64,000 nucleotides of DNA, from positions 1 to 64,000 of the forward strand of contig NGBS01000617.1 of assembly GCA_002245135.1 (NCBI GenBank), given 5' to 3'. A model generated the notes under the pieces. It saw nothing but the letters and a program-made list of their open reading frames with translations. It searched no databases and was not told where the DNA came from. Below, piece by piece: positions 1 through 10,285 of this stretch. Source of the stretch: Proteromonas lacertae (Eukaryota). How positions within the stretch are numbered: the first letter of the stretch is position 1; every line of letters begins with the position of its first letter. Made by a program: the position numbers and the translations under genes.

Positions 1-799
1 ATTCATTATCTTCATTTATTACATTTGTCAAAACATCTAAGACCTTGAAGTTTAGCAGGTAAAACAATAAAACTACTTCCACGTATCACTTTTAAATTTT
101 GTTACATATAATTCTATAGTATTTACTCTAGCAAAAGTAAGACCACTTTGAGGATGATTTGAATCATCTTCTGATATTTGTGTAAATATATTCCTCCAGT
201 ATAGTTTGTATTTCACCTACAGTAGACATTTTTGTTATTTCACATAGTCTACTACGACTAAATATAGAAACTTCATCATCACTGTCAGTAGACTCATCAG
301 GTATATAAATTGAACGTACAATAAAGAAAAATTTGATCATATTCATAGTATCAGCTAGTTCATGTAATATATCTTTGATATCACTATTATTAACAAAATC
401 ATGATAACATTGTTGTGGAGTACTGTAATTTCTATTGTTATAATTGAAAACCCATTTCCTGGTAACACCTTGAGATGATTTATCAACTTCTCTAGCATCA
501 CGTATTCTATCATTAAATCTTTGATTTTGGTTAGGTTTTGGTAGGGAAGAAGGCATTAATCCACCAAAGAATGTATCACTGATTATTGGTATATCATTAT
601 TGTATCTTTTTTTATTTTGAATAGCATCTGTACTAAATAATGGCGCTAATCTTCGTTTTGCAGCTTCTTCTGGTGGTGGTTCATCTGTATGTTTATGTTT
701 ATGATGATGGCGATGCTTATGCTTATGATGTTTATTTTTATTAAAAGTTTGTTCTAGAAGTTTAAAAAATGCTTTTAAAAGCTTTTTATGTTTGCTCAT
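1..799 (-). CDS. N-terminal part of a protein-primed family B DNA polymerase (Polinton pPolB-like), runs off the window
   Basis: ORF 164..829 (ATG at 799) continues across three single-base indels (~190, ~93, ~30) as QSGLTFARVNTIELYVTKFKVIRGSSFIVLPAKLQGLRCLTNVINEDNE. This matches the 'GSSYI.LP...IN..N.D' N-terminal motif of Polinton pPolB proteins. Catalytic motifs lie outside the window. Confidence 0.65.
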
Positions 800-844
800 T
801 ATATAGACAGAATTCGAGAAATAAATCAAAAATGGAAATATGAA

Positions 845-874
845 ATTTGATTGGTCGGATGATTTGATTGGTCG
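845..874. promoter_or_regulatory. Tandem CCAAT-box-like motifs in the divergent promoter between the pPolB-like gene and ORF 958
   Basis: ATTTGATTGGTCG occurs at 845-857 and 862-874. The same core (CCAATCAAAT) recurs at 6213-6222 upstream of the Zn-finger ORF. Confidence 0.45.
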
Positions 875-957
875 ACTTTAAAAATAAAAAGAAATTTTCA
901 TTTTCATTTTTCTTGACATTTTAATCATTTTTTATTTTCATCTCTCCCTTATATAAA

Positions 958-1725
958 ATGAGTAACGAAACACCCTATGAAGCTACAGATGTAGAATTCA
1001 GTGATTATTACAAGAATCCAAAGTTATGTAACAAGTGGATTATTAAAGGAACTGTTGAGAGTATTACAGTTAAGCCTACTAAAACTAGTCAATATGTATT
1101 GATTACTTTTGTTCATGATTTGGATCATAAAGTTGTAATTAATAATGGAAGAGATTTTGAAACATATTCAGCTGATGAAGTGAAATATGTATTGAAACAA
1201 ATTTATGATAGAAACGAGAATGACTTTATAGAAAAAATCATTCGTGGATATTTGATTAGTGTAGGATGTAGAGAACCTCAACATGGTATTAAATACTTCC
1301 ACAATTTCAATTCTATTATGATATGGGATAATAGTAACTATAGAGTTCCATCTGATGTTGATGTTGGTAGTAAAATTGCTGTAAGTGTTGTTGATAATCA
1401 AATCTCTATTAAGAGTAATGGTACTCAAAACTTTGTTAATCATAGAGTTTGTAGTGATATTGTTGGTTATGATGAAAATCCTGATTTAGCTACAACTATT
1501 AGAAGAAGTAATGAGAAGAAAATTAAGAAAGAACAAGCTAATCAAAACAAATTTGTTTCACCTCCAAGAATTAAGAGAACTAAGATAGAAGATAGTGATT
1601 TAATTAGTACTCGTAGACCATTCCCTGCTAAGAAAGTAATTAGTAATGGTTTTATTAGTGCTGCTAAGTCTATTAACTTTGGTAACGCTTTAAGTGATAA
1701 GGATTTGGGAGAGGTAGAAGAATGA
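958..1725 (+). CDS. Hypothetical Polinton protein, possibly OB-fold/ssDNA-binding
   Basis: Intronless 255-aa ORF. Beta-rich start WIIKGTVESITVKPTKTSQYVLITF resembles OB-fold strands and is followed by a charged, likely disordered tail. Confidence 0.6.
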   Translation: MSNETPYEATDVEFSDYYKNPKLCNKWIIKGTVESITVKPTKTSQYVLITFVHDLDHKVVINNGRDFETYSADEVKYVLKQIYDRNENDFIEKIIRGYLISVGCREPQHGIKYFHNFNSIMIWDNSNYRVPSDVDVGSKIAVSVVDNQISIKSNGTQNFVNHRVCSDIVGYDENPDLATTIRRSNEKKIKKEQANQNKFVSPPRIKRTKIEDSDLISTRRPFPAKKVISNGFISAAKSINFGNALSDKDLGEVEE

Positions 1726-1792
1726 TTTAATTATATTTTAATTCATTAATTCTTTAAATATATATCATTCATATTTTTTATATATTGTTTGA

Positions 1793-2953
1793 ATGTCACT
1801 ACAAGATAAAATAAATGAGTTATACAAAACATATGGTTATTTAAACAAACGAGACTTTATTAATTTCTCTATAAATGAACTTGAGAATAACTTTAAAAAA
1901 TCTGACATTAAAAAAGCTAGTAGTGAACTTGTAGAGTCTAAACCAGATTATCAAATCACTGCAACTAAAAGGAATAGAATTAAATATGAAATTGAAAAGT
2001 TACCTGGGTCATATCAAATAGATTTGGTGTTTTTCAACAATACAAAAGTTCCATTTTTGTTAATTATAGAAGTTGTTAGTCGTAAGTGTTGGATATATTA
2101 TGTTAAATCTAAATCAGAAAATGATGTATATCCAGTGTTTGAAAAATGGTTTTATCAGGGCATGCAACCTAAGGATGAAAATGCTCGTTTTGTAGGAAGT
2201 ATATTGTCAGATGAAGAGTCTGGTATTATCTATGGTAAGAAATTTTTAGATTTGTTTAATAAAAATCATATACGATTTATACTTAAAGAACGTAATGAAC
2301 ATAATATAATGAAAATATTGGATCGATGTGTGAGAACTATTAAAGATATGTTTTATAGAAAAATTAATACATTTTCTGATGAAGAATTTGATAAAATTAA
2401 CAATATTGAATCATTGTGTAATATAGTATATACTGTTGTAGATGATTACAATGCAAAACCACATTCTGCACTGAATAATCTAACTCCAAATGAAGTATTC
2501 AATGATTTTGAAGTCCAAGATAGATTGTATAAAGAATCCCATGCTAGAAACTTAAAGAAGCGTAAAAGTGATACTCATTTTAAAGCTGATGATTTTGTCA
2601 GAATAAAAGAACGTAGAGATAACAAACTTCAAAAAACTACTTATTATACTGATAAAGTATACCAAATACACAAAGTTGGACCATTTTCATATTCTGTTAA
2701 GAACTTGGATGGAACAATACCTAAAGAATTCAATCCTAGAGATATAGGTTCATATAGATTCAAATCACATGAAATAAAAAGAGTACCAGTTAATAGTATT
2801 ACAACAAATGGTAAGTTTAGATTAAGACAAATTCATAGTATAAATAATGAAGCACAACCTATAGAACCAGATATTCAACCAGTACCAGAAGGCAGAAAAA
2901 GTAGATATGGTAGAGTATATAAGAAAAATTCGCTATTTAATGATTTCGTATAA
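1793..2953 (+). CDS. Retroviral-like (rve) integrase, Polinton/Maverick c-integrase type
   Basis: Motifs YQIDLVFF...LIIEVVSRKCW, SILSDEES, ILDRCVRTIK and YNAKPHSALNNLTP, then an SH3-like FKADDFVRIK region and an RKSRYGR tail. Confidence 0.92.
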   Translation: MSLQDKINELYKTYGYLNKRDFINFSINELENNFKKSDIKKASSELVESKPDYQITATKRNRIKYEIEKLPGSYQIDLVFFNNTKVPFLLIIEVVSRKCWIYYVKSKSENDVYPVFEKWFYQGMQPKDENARFVGSILSDEESGIIYGKKFLDLFNKNHIRFILKERNEHNIMKILDRCVRTIKDMFYRKINTFSDEEFDKINNIESLCNIVYTVVDDYNAKPHSALNNLTPNEVFNDFEVQDRLYKESHARNLKKRKSDTHFKADDFVRIKERRDNKLQKTTYYTDKVYQIHKVGPFSYSVKNLDGTIPKEFNPRDIGSYRFKSHEIKRVPVNSITTNGKFRLRQIHSINNEAQPIEPDIQPVPEGRKSRYGRVYKKNSLFNDFV

Positions 2954-3092
2954 TTTTTTATGTTTTTTATTTATGTTATTTTTTACATATAAAACAAACA
3001 CCAATTTTCATCAAAGTAATGAATTCAAAGTGCTTTTTTCAAGTATATGGATTAAAGCATAAACCAGACAAATTTAAAGTATATATTAATAC

Positions 3093-4264
3093 TTATAAGT
3101 TCTTCATCATCTTCTCAAACTCTTCAGCTTTCTTTCTTTTCTCTTCTTCAATTCTTTTCTTAAACTCTTCTTCCATCTTCTTTTCTAATTCATCGTTTTC
3201 TTTTTTCATCTTTTCTTCCATTTGTCTCTTTTGTTCTAATACCCATTTCTTTCTTAACTCTTCTTGTTGTCTCATATTCTCTTCTTCTTGAAGCATTCTA
3301 ATAACGACTAATTCTTCTTTTCTTTCTTTTCTGCTTCTTCTTGTTTTCTTTTTCTCTCTGCTTCTTCTTGTACTTTTCTAACTCTTTCTTCTTCTTGTTG
3401 TTTTTTCTTTTTTTCTTCATCTTCTTGTTTCTTTCTCTCTGTATCTTGATGTTTAATTTTCTCTTCTATCTCTTTTTGTTTTTCTTCATCTTTTTTAGTT
3501 ATTTCAGCATTAAAATATTTCAATTCAGCATCCAGTATATCAATATCAGTAACATCAAGAAGTGTAGTATCAGACCTTGGTGACATTGGAGGTGTAAAGG
3601 TAGGACTTTGGCTACTTAATAAATCATCAGCAGATGTTCTTGATTCAGTATCTTTCACAATTATACCCACTGGTTCGTCAACAAAATCAGAATCCTTAAC
3701 AATCTTTCTTTTCTTTAAATGAATTAATTCATCATCACTATCAATAACTGCTTTTGTTTTAGGTTTCTTTACAGTATCAGTTCTTCTTTTATAAACTCTT
3801 TTAGGTTTTTGAGGTACAGTTGGTGGTGGTGGTTCTTGTTGTGGTTGTTGTTGTTGTTTTAACTGAGGTTGAATAAAAGGTTTAATCTGTTTTACATCTG
3901 GTTTTACTATACTCTTCATCTCTTCGTCACTAAAGTATAAATTCATATACTCATTTTGATCTAATGTCTCTAGATGTTTAATGGGAATTAACTTCTGATT
4001 ATCAAACTTACATGAAAAGCAATAATAAACTGCTGTAGCTGACTTCTCTAATTCGATATAGTTGAATTGTGGTGGACTTTGCTTCTTCTTTGATTTTTTG
4101 CTGTCATCATAAGCCAAACTTTGAATATACATTTCGTCGCAAAATGTCTTTAAATGCTGGATGTTACGACTCACTTTCTGATAGAACTCATAAGCCTGTC
4201 CCTTTAATGGAAGCTGGGAGCATAATTCTGAATTGGTTGGTTGTTTGACTCTGTCTGCTGGCAT
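3093..4264 (-). CDS. Low-complexity/coiled-coil protein of the element (ORFs 3308..4264 and 3093..3296 joined across one indel)
   Basis: The E/K/R-rich coiled coil continues across a frameshift in a purine run at ~3320. No intron is visible. Confidence 0.6.
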
Positions 4265-4447
4265 TTTTGATTGAATGATTGAATAATTAATTTTCTATTA
4301 AGGTAAAAAAAAGCAAAAAATAAAATACTGAAAATGAGTAAGAAAAGTGTGAATGAAAAATAAAACGGTTTTTCTTTATGTAATTTTTTAAGGGGGTACA
4401 AAAAATAACTTTCAAAAATCAAATACGAAAAAAGTCTATATATAAAA

Positions 4448-4831
4448 TTAAATATTTATGAATGGTTTTTGAATTTCAATCTCAGGTTTATTAATAGGAA
4501 TAATTTCTATTTCTGTTTCTAATGGTTCTTCATCTTCATTATCACTAACATTTCTAGAATTTATTCTACTATTTTCAGGTGTTAAAGTAAATGGAATAGC
4601 AGAAACAATAGTAGATTTTCTTAATGCTAATTGAACAGCAGGTTCTGGCTCAGCTAATATTTCACTTAATTCTGGAGGACAGGCTTTATGATAACACCAT
4701 GCACATATTCTCTTGCATTTATAAAGAACCCATAGAACTACACAACCTAATAAAATATACAGTTCTTGTTTCAAACCATTTAAAGTATCTTTCATATCAC
4801 CTAACATAACTAATGATGAATTATATGGCAT
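4448..4831 (-). CDS. Small single-TM hypothetical protein of the element
   Basis: 127-aa ATG ORF with hydrophobic LYILLGCVVLWVLY followed by a Cys/basic cluster. Confidence 0.6.
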   Translation of the reverse strand: MPYNSSLVMLGDMKDTLNGLKQELYILLGCVVLWVLYKCKRICAWCYHKACPPELSEILAEPEPAVQLALRKSTIVSAIPFTLTPENSRINSRNVSDNEDEEPLETEIEIIPINKPEIEIQKPFINI

Positions 4832-4895
4832 ATTATGTGAAATTATTTATATATAAAAACGTATAGAAATATAAAAATGAATTTTAAACCAAAAG

Positions 4896-6128
4896 TTAAT
4901 TAATTATACAGGTAGGTGATGTAGTTAGATCTACTGTAGCTACCCCCGGGATAGGACTTGTAGTGTTGTTCCCCGTATGGCGGAAATCCCCGTATGGCGG
5001 AACTCTATATTGCAGAATGATTCAATCAAAACTAATATGATATTCATGATGTTCGGAGTTAGTTATTAACAAATATATAGTTAGTTTGTCATATGACCTA
5101 CATCTGTGATATACTTATTTATGAACTTCATTATTATCAATATTAAACTAATTTTTGTATATTTTCTATTTTAATGTATCAGTGACTACTACAATCTAAA
5201 ATACATTATCTGATATGAATAGAATTCACTATTTTTAATGTTAAGGCGGTTAAAAAAGAAAAAAGAAAAAATAAGTTCAAGCCTCACTCAAGCCTGCTCT
5301 TTAATTTCCTTTTTTATTATCTTAACATTAAAAATAATGTATTCTATTCATATCAGATAATGTATTTTAGACTGTAGTAGTGACTGATACATTAAAATAG
5401 AAAATATACAAAAATTAGTTTAATATTGATAATAGTGAAGTTCATAAAAAAGTATATCACAGATGTAGGTCATATGACAAACTAACTATATATTTGTTAA
5501 TAACTAACTCCGAACATCATGAATATCATATTAGTTTTGATTGAATCATTCTGCAATATAGAGTTCCGCCATACGGGGATTTCCGCCATACGGGGAACAA
5601 CATTGTAGAACAATCTACTTTAGCAATATCTACCTTTGGTCGACCCTCGGCAGTGGAACTATTCTCTACTTTACGCTTCTTATCTTCTCCACTATTATCA
5701 CTTCCTTTCTTTACTTCTTCATATCTTCTCTTCTTCTTATTTCTACACTCTGTACAAGATTTATAGAATACACCTTCACTCTTATAACCAAATTCATCAT
5801 TAGCTTTCTTCTTACCACAAGTACTACATATCTGTGAATCTGGATCTAACTTTGTTATATCCTTTCTTTTTTTAGGTTTAGATTCGCTTTGTTTTTCTTC
5901 CTTCACTTCTTCTTCTTCTTCCATTGTTATATCAATATCATCACCTGGTTGTTCACTCCATTCTGGATCATCTTCATACTCTTCAATCACAGAATACATA
6001 CCATCCAACATATCCTTGAATACTTTAATAATTAATGATTTTACTTCAGACATATCATTCTCATACATTTCACCTTCTTGTAAGTGTTTTTCAATATTAG
6101 CATCTAATTCGTTTTGTATATCACTCAT
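4896..6128 (-). CDS. Acidic, CxxC...CxxC Zn-finger protein, interrupted near its 3' end by a 639-bp insertion
   Basis: Contains CSTCGKKKANDEF...YKSCTECR. Removing 4964-5602 plus one TSD copy restores an in-frame end ...AKVDCSTSPIPGVATVDLTTSPTCIIN* (stop at 4896-4898). Confidence 0.75.
4964..5602. mobile_element. Non-autonomous foldback element/MITE with TG..CA termini, 282-bp TIRs and a 6-bp TSD
   Basis: 4964-5245 is the reverse complement of 5321-5602 with about 6 mismatches. TTGTAG flanks both sides (4958-4963 and 5603-5608). Confidence 0.92.
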
Positions 6129-6256
6129 TTTAATTTATGTAGATTATTTCAAAAATCGCAAGAAATTTATGAATGAAAAGAATTATGTAATATTATGTTT
6201 ATTTCTATTCAGCCAATCAAATAACAAAAATTCAATTAAAACCAATGATTTAAGAA

Positions 6257-6598
6257 TTAGTTATGAAATCTTAGTCTTTCTTCAATGATGTTTTTTTCAT
6301 CAATACCATAACGCTTTAACATCTTTGTTTTTCTGCGCTCTTCTTCAGGATCAACCCATTTTCTAGGGCGTATGGTTGCTTGTGCTACTCTGGTTGGTTT
6401 ATGAATTGCACGCCATTCTTCATACTTTCTGTCATCCTCATCAGCTGTATCAGAAGTATACCACATTACTACTGGAGGTGGCTCAGCTACTATTCTAGCT
6501 ACTTCACTTTCAATGATTGCATAGATTCTTTCAAAGTCTTCATCTTCACGCTTATTTCTATCTTCTATATTAACATTCTCGATCCAAATTCTTGACAT
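6257..6598 (-). CDS. Hypothetical protein of the element
   Basis: Intronless ORF, probable start MSRIW at 6598; charged composition. Confidence 0.55.
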   Translation of the reverse strand: MSRIWIENVNIEDRNKREDEDFERIYAIIESEVARIVAEPPPVVMWYTSDTADEDDRKYEEWRAIHKPTRVAQATIRPRKWVDPEEERRKTKMLKRYGIDEKNIIEERLRFHN

Positions 6599-6865
6599 TT
6601 TTTTGAAATTATGATTGATAAATAACAATAAGAAAAAGTTAAATGAAATTATATACAAAAAACAAAAGAAAAAATTTTAACCCATAAAATTACTCATACA
6701 CTAAAATATATAAAGAAATTTAAACTCACCACTTGCTCCAGTATAACCCGTACCAAAAACTAATTTACACTCAAATCGCTTATTCTTACCTGTAGAAGGC
6801 ACCTAAGAATAGTCTGGTACGGGTTACCCACCTACAGTGATATTCTTACGGTTATACATATATCT

Positions 6866-7417
6866 AATAATGCACTGTTACTATCTAATCCTGTGGTTGG
6901 TTCATCTAAGAAGATGATTGGTGGATTGGCTACTAATTCTATACCTGTCATTATCAACTTACGAATTGCCATTGATAAACCATTTCCTGGTTTTCCAATC
7001 ATCATATTTGAATATTTCTTCAAGTCTAATAACTCAAGAGTTTCACGAACTATTCTTTTTATCGCTGATTCACTTGTACTAGCTGGTAATCTCATTCTAG
7101 CACTATATTCTAATGCTTCTTGTACTGTTTCTTTAGCTGGTAAGTTATCTAATTGTTCAACATATCCCAAATAGTGAGTTAATGACACTTTATCTATCTT
7201 TTGACCATTCAATAATATATCACCAGTTATCTTTCCTGTGTTCTTTTTACTTGCTAATACATCTAACAGAGTTGTTTTACCAGCACCACTTGATCCCATT
7301 AAAGCAGTTAGAGTATTTGGACGAATAAAACCACTTAAGTTATCTAACAATTGTCTATCTTCCCATGTCTTTGTTCTTGGATCTCTCACTTTCACATAAT
7401 AACATAAATCTCAGAAT
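6866..7417 (-). pseudogene. Inverted, truncated duplicate of the NBD2 region of the ABCG gene
   Basis: Nearly identical to the reverse complement of ~18002-18553. It is cut at the Polinton end on one side and at the GT-gene upstream region on the other. Confidence 0.9.
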
Positions 7418-7463
7418 AATTGTGCCAAATTTTCAAACCCAAATATTTCATTTCTTTTTTTGA

Positions 7464-8764
7464 ATGGCATATGGTATTTATATTTTTATAATATACATAT
7501 GTAAATATGTAAGCTGCTTTTCTGTACCTACTCCTGATAAAATAATTATAGTTGGAGATATAAATGTGTTAAATATGGTTAGGAACTTTTATGAAGAAGT
7601 GATAATAAAATATAATGTTCCAAATTTTAGCATGGTTGTATGGAATCCTTCATCTTATGATGTATATAAAAGTTATGGAATTCCAGTGGAATACTCTCCT
7701 ATCAAGCTAAATGATGAAGTAGGATCAACATTTCAATATAGTGAAGGTTTTACAAAAAAGATAAATGATAGATATAGAATATTATTAGAATATTTAAAAG
7801 AGAAAGTGTCAATTTTGAGTTTAGATGCAGATTTATATTTCTTCGAAAATCCATTGACTCTGTTGAATTATGTGAATCCAAACGATGATATTACATTTTC
7901 AAGTGAAGCTGTATATATAAATGACAAAGCTATTAATGTTGGATTGATGTATATAAAACCAACAAATGAATCAATAAAACTATTTGAAAAGATATTGAAA
8001 ATATTGAAAATAGCTCAAAGTGATTTTGCATTTATAGATCAAGAAATAACAAACTTAGTTATATCATCAAAAAGAATGAAAAACTTAAAATATGGAATGT
8101 TTGATATGATGATATTTGTGAATGGATTTTTCTATTTTCGATATTTTAAATATTTTGTTGATGATGAAATGAAGTATGATATAAAAACAATTGGATTTCA
8201 TAACAACTGTATAGTCGGAGGAATGGCTAAGATTTATCGATTAAAAGAGTTGGGATTATGGAAAATAGATGATAATGAATATTATTCTTCAAAGACAAGA
8301 AAATATATAAAATATTCATCAATTATCCATAATAATTATGACATATTGATGATATATTTGATATATTTAGGAGAAGAATTAAATAGAACAATTATACTGC
8401 CAAGATTCAGTAACGCCACAAATATTCTGAGTTTTCTTAATTATTGGAATTTAGCATATTTTGAAAGAACATATGGATTGAATTATAGAGAAAATATATC
8501 ATTTTTAAATGCACATTATCATTTCATTTATGGTTACTTTAATATTTGAAAGTATTTTTACTATCCCCATTAGTTCCAAAAGAAGTGAAAGATGATGTTA
8601 AAGATATTTGTACTAATAATATAAACGAAATGAAATTGTATAATACTTCTTCTGTATTATCCATAAACTGCATTCCAAATGAAGTGTATTATGAAATGAT
8701 TAACAAATATAAACATTATTTGTTAAAAGATGATAATATGCAGATGAAATATAATTATAAATAG
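7464..8764 (+). CDS. GT77-like nucleotide-diphospho-sugar transferase, paralogue 1 (exons 7464-8495, 8552-8764)
   Basis: N-terminal signal anchor, LSLDADLYFFENP DxD motif, NVGLMY, DQ motif and HNNCIVGGMAKIYRLKELGLW. The spliced junction reads YREN|VFLLSPLVP. Confidence 0.8.
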
Positions 8765-8916
8765 TTGTGAATATTATTATAATTTACATCACATTTATAA
8801 TTTATGTAGTGTAATGAATATTATGTCTTATTTGAGATTTATAAAATATAAATAAAAAACAAATAAAACATAATAAACATAATAAATATTTACACAAAAT
8901 CTTTAAAAAATACACA

Positions 8917-10031
8917 TTATCTCCACACAATTGATAAAGCTTTTTTACTTAAATTCGCTATAATATCCCAACCAATATACTGCCATGATAATTTAACTGA
9001 AAGTTTCATTCTATCGAAATAAGAAAAATGATATTCAAAACTTGCACAATCAATAAAATATAAAGTAGCAATTACAATTTTAATATCATCACTGTTATTA
9101 ATTAGTTCATATATATCATCTCTAAAATCAATTGTTGATATTTTATACTTTACATTTTTATCTATATCCATCAATAATTCTAAATTTAAACAATATTTCT
9201 TTAATAATCTAGCTATTTCTATATTTTTTATAGGAGGTAATTCTATAAATATAAACGTAATATATATATACTCAAATATTGATGTGTAGCTGTTATTGTT
9301 GAATTTTTCATTGTATTTTTCAAATTTCTAATCGTTTTCTTTCCACCTATTATTAACATATCTGTATCTTTTAGTTTACTCACTTTAATATTATTCCAAT
9401 CTAATTTAGACATTAAATCTTGATAATCTTCTTCAAATTCTCTTTTTATTTCTAATGGTGTATTTTTGTCATTCAATTCTTCTGTTATTGCTGTGTAATA
9501 GGATATTATTTTGTTTAACAATTGATTTTCATCTGGAATAATTAATCCTGGTGTTGAGAGTATGTATTTTACTGAACTAATTGGTAAATTGTATAATTCG
9601 CTTTTACAAAATATATCATAACCATTGTATTGAAGATAATTCTGTAATAGATCATTTGTGGTAATCATATAATCATTTTGTAAATACTCTGTTGTAGTTA
9701 ATAGTTCTGCTATTAAATCTTCATTAAAATGTTTTTCAATGTATTCTTTACATAACTCCAAAAGATAATTTTCATTATACATAATACACAATCTTAACAT
9801 CTCTACTACATTTTCATTGGTTATTTCTATAGATCCATAACCATAATACCGTAAAAGTAACAAAAAACTATGCTTTGTAACGGAATTACTTAAAGGTAAA
9901 GGATTTGGACATAGGGGATCAGATATCAGCTTATTAAACACAGCATTTTTATAACACAAAAAAGATTTCACGCATGGAATAATTTCACCATCTATTTCTA
10001 CATCAATGTCACCAAAACATTTGTTGGTCAT
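8917..10031 (-). CDS. BTB/POZ-BACK domain protein (one GT-AG intron at ~9243-9271)
   Basis: FGDIDVEIDGEIIPCVKSFLCYKNAVFNKL...LLRYYGYGSIEIT is BTB-like. BACK-like LSTPGLIIPDENQLL follows. Confidence 0.8.
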
Positions 10032-10136
10032 TGCTATTATTATTCTACAAAAGATTATTATCACAAAAATACCCAAATTCTTCTATAGGATATGAGATAA
10101 GCATAAAGAAAGCGAAAAATATTAAGTTCAAAAAAA

Positions 10137-10209
10137 TGGTCGGTATGGGTCTCGAACCCATGACCGCCGCCTTATTAGAGCGGTGCTCTACCGACTGAGC
10201 TAACCGACC
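10137..10209 (-). tRNA. tRNA-Ile (anticodon AAT)
   Basis: GGTCGGT TA GCTC AGTCGGTA GAGC A CCGCT CTAATAA GGCGG CGGTC ATGGG TTCGAGA CCCAT ACCGACC A folds as a cloverleaf and is followed by a Pol III T-run terminator. Confidence 0.95.
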
Positions 10210-10285
10210 TTCAAAATTTTTGATCGAATTATGGAATATAACATTCATTGGATCATTTTTGAAGAGAAAATCGATTTTCTTATTA

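Larger units (their letters stand above)
1..6865. mobile_element. Polinton/Maverick-like element, one arm only (other end outside the window)
   Basis: Compact intronless ORFs include an rve integrase and a pPolB-type N-terminus. The hairpin-rich end finishes ...TATATCT (5'-AGATATAT on the minus strand) and abuts a truncated ABCG paralogue. Confidence 0.8.

Noticed and set aside
4971..5002. CCCCGTATGGCGGAA repeats as a CRISPR-like array
   Set aside because: Only two adjacent copies with no spacers; part of the MITE TIR.
10045..10248. ORF MNVIFHNS...
   Set aside because: Spurious translation across the tRNA-Ile gene.
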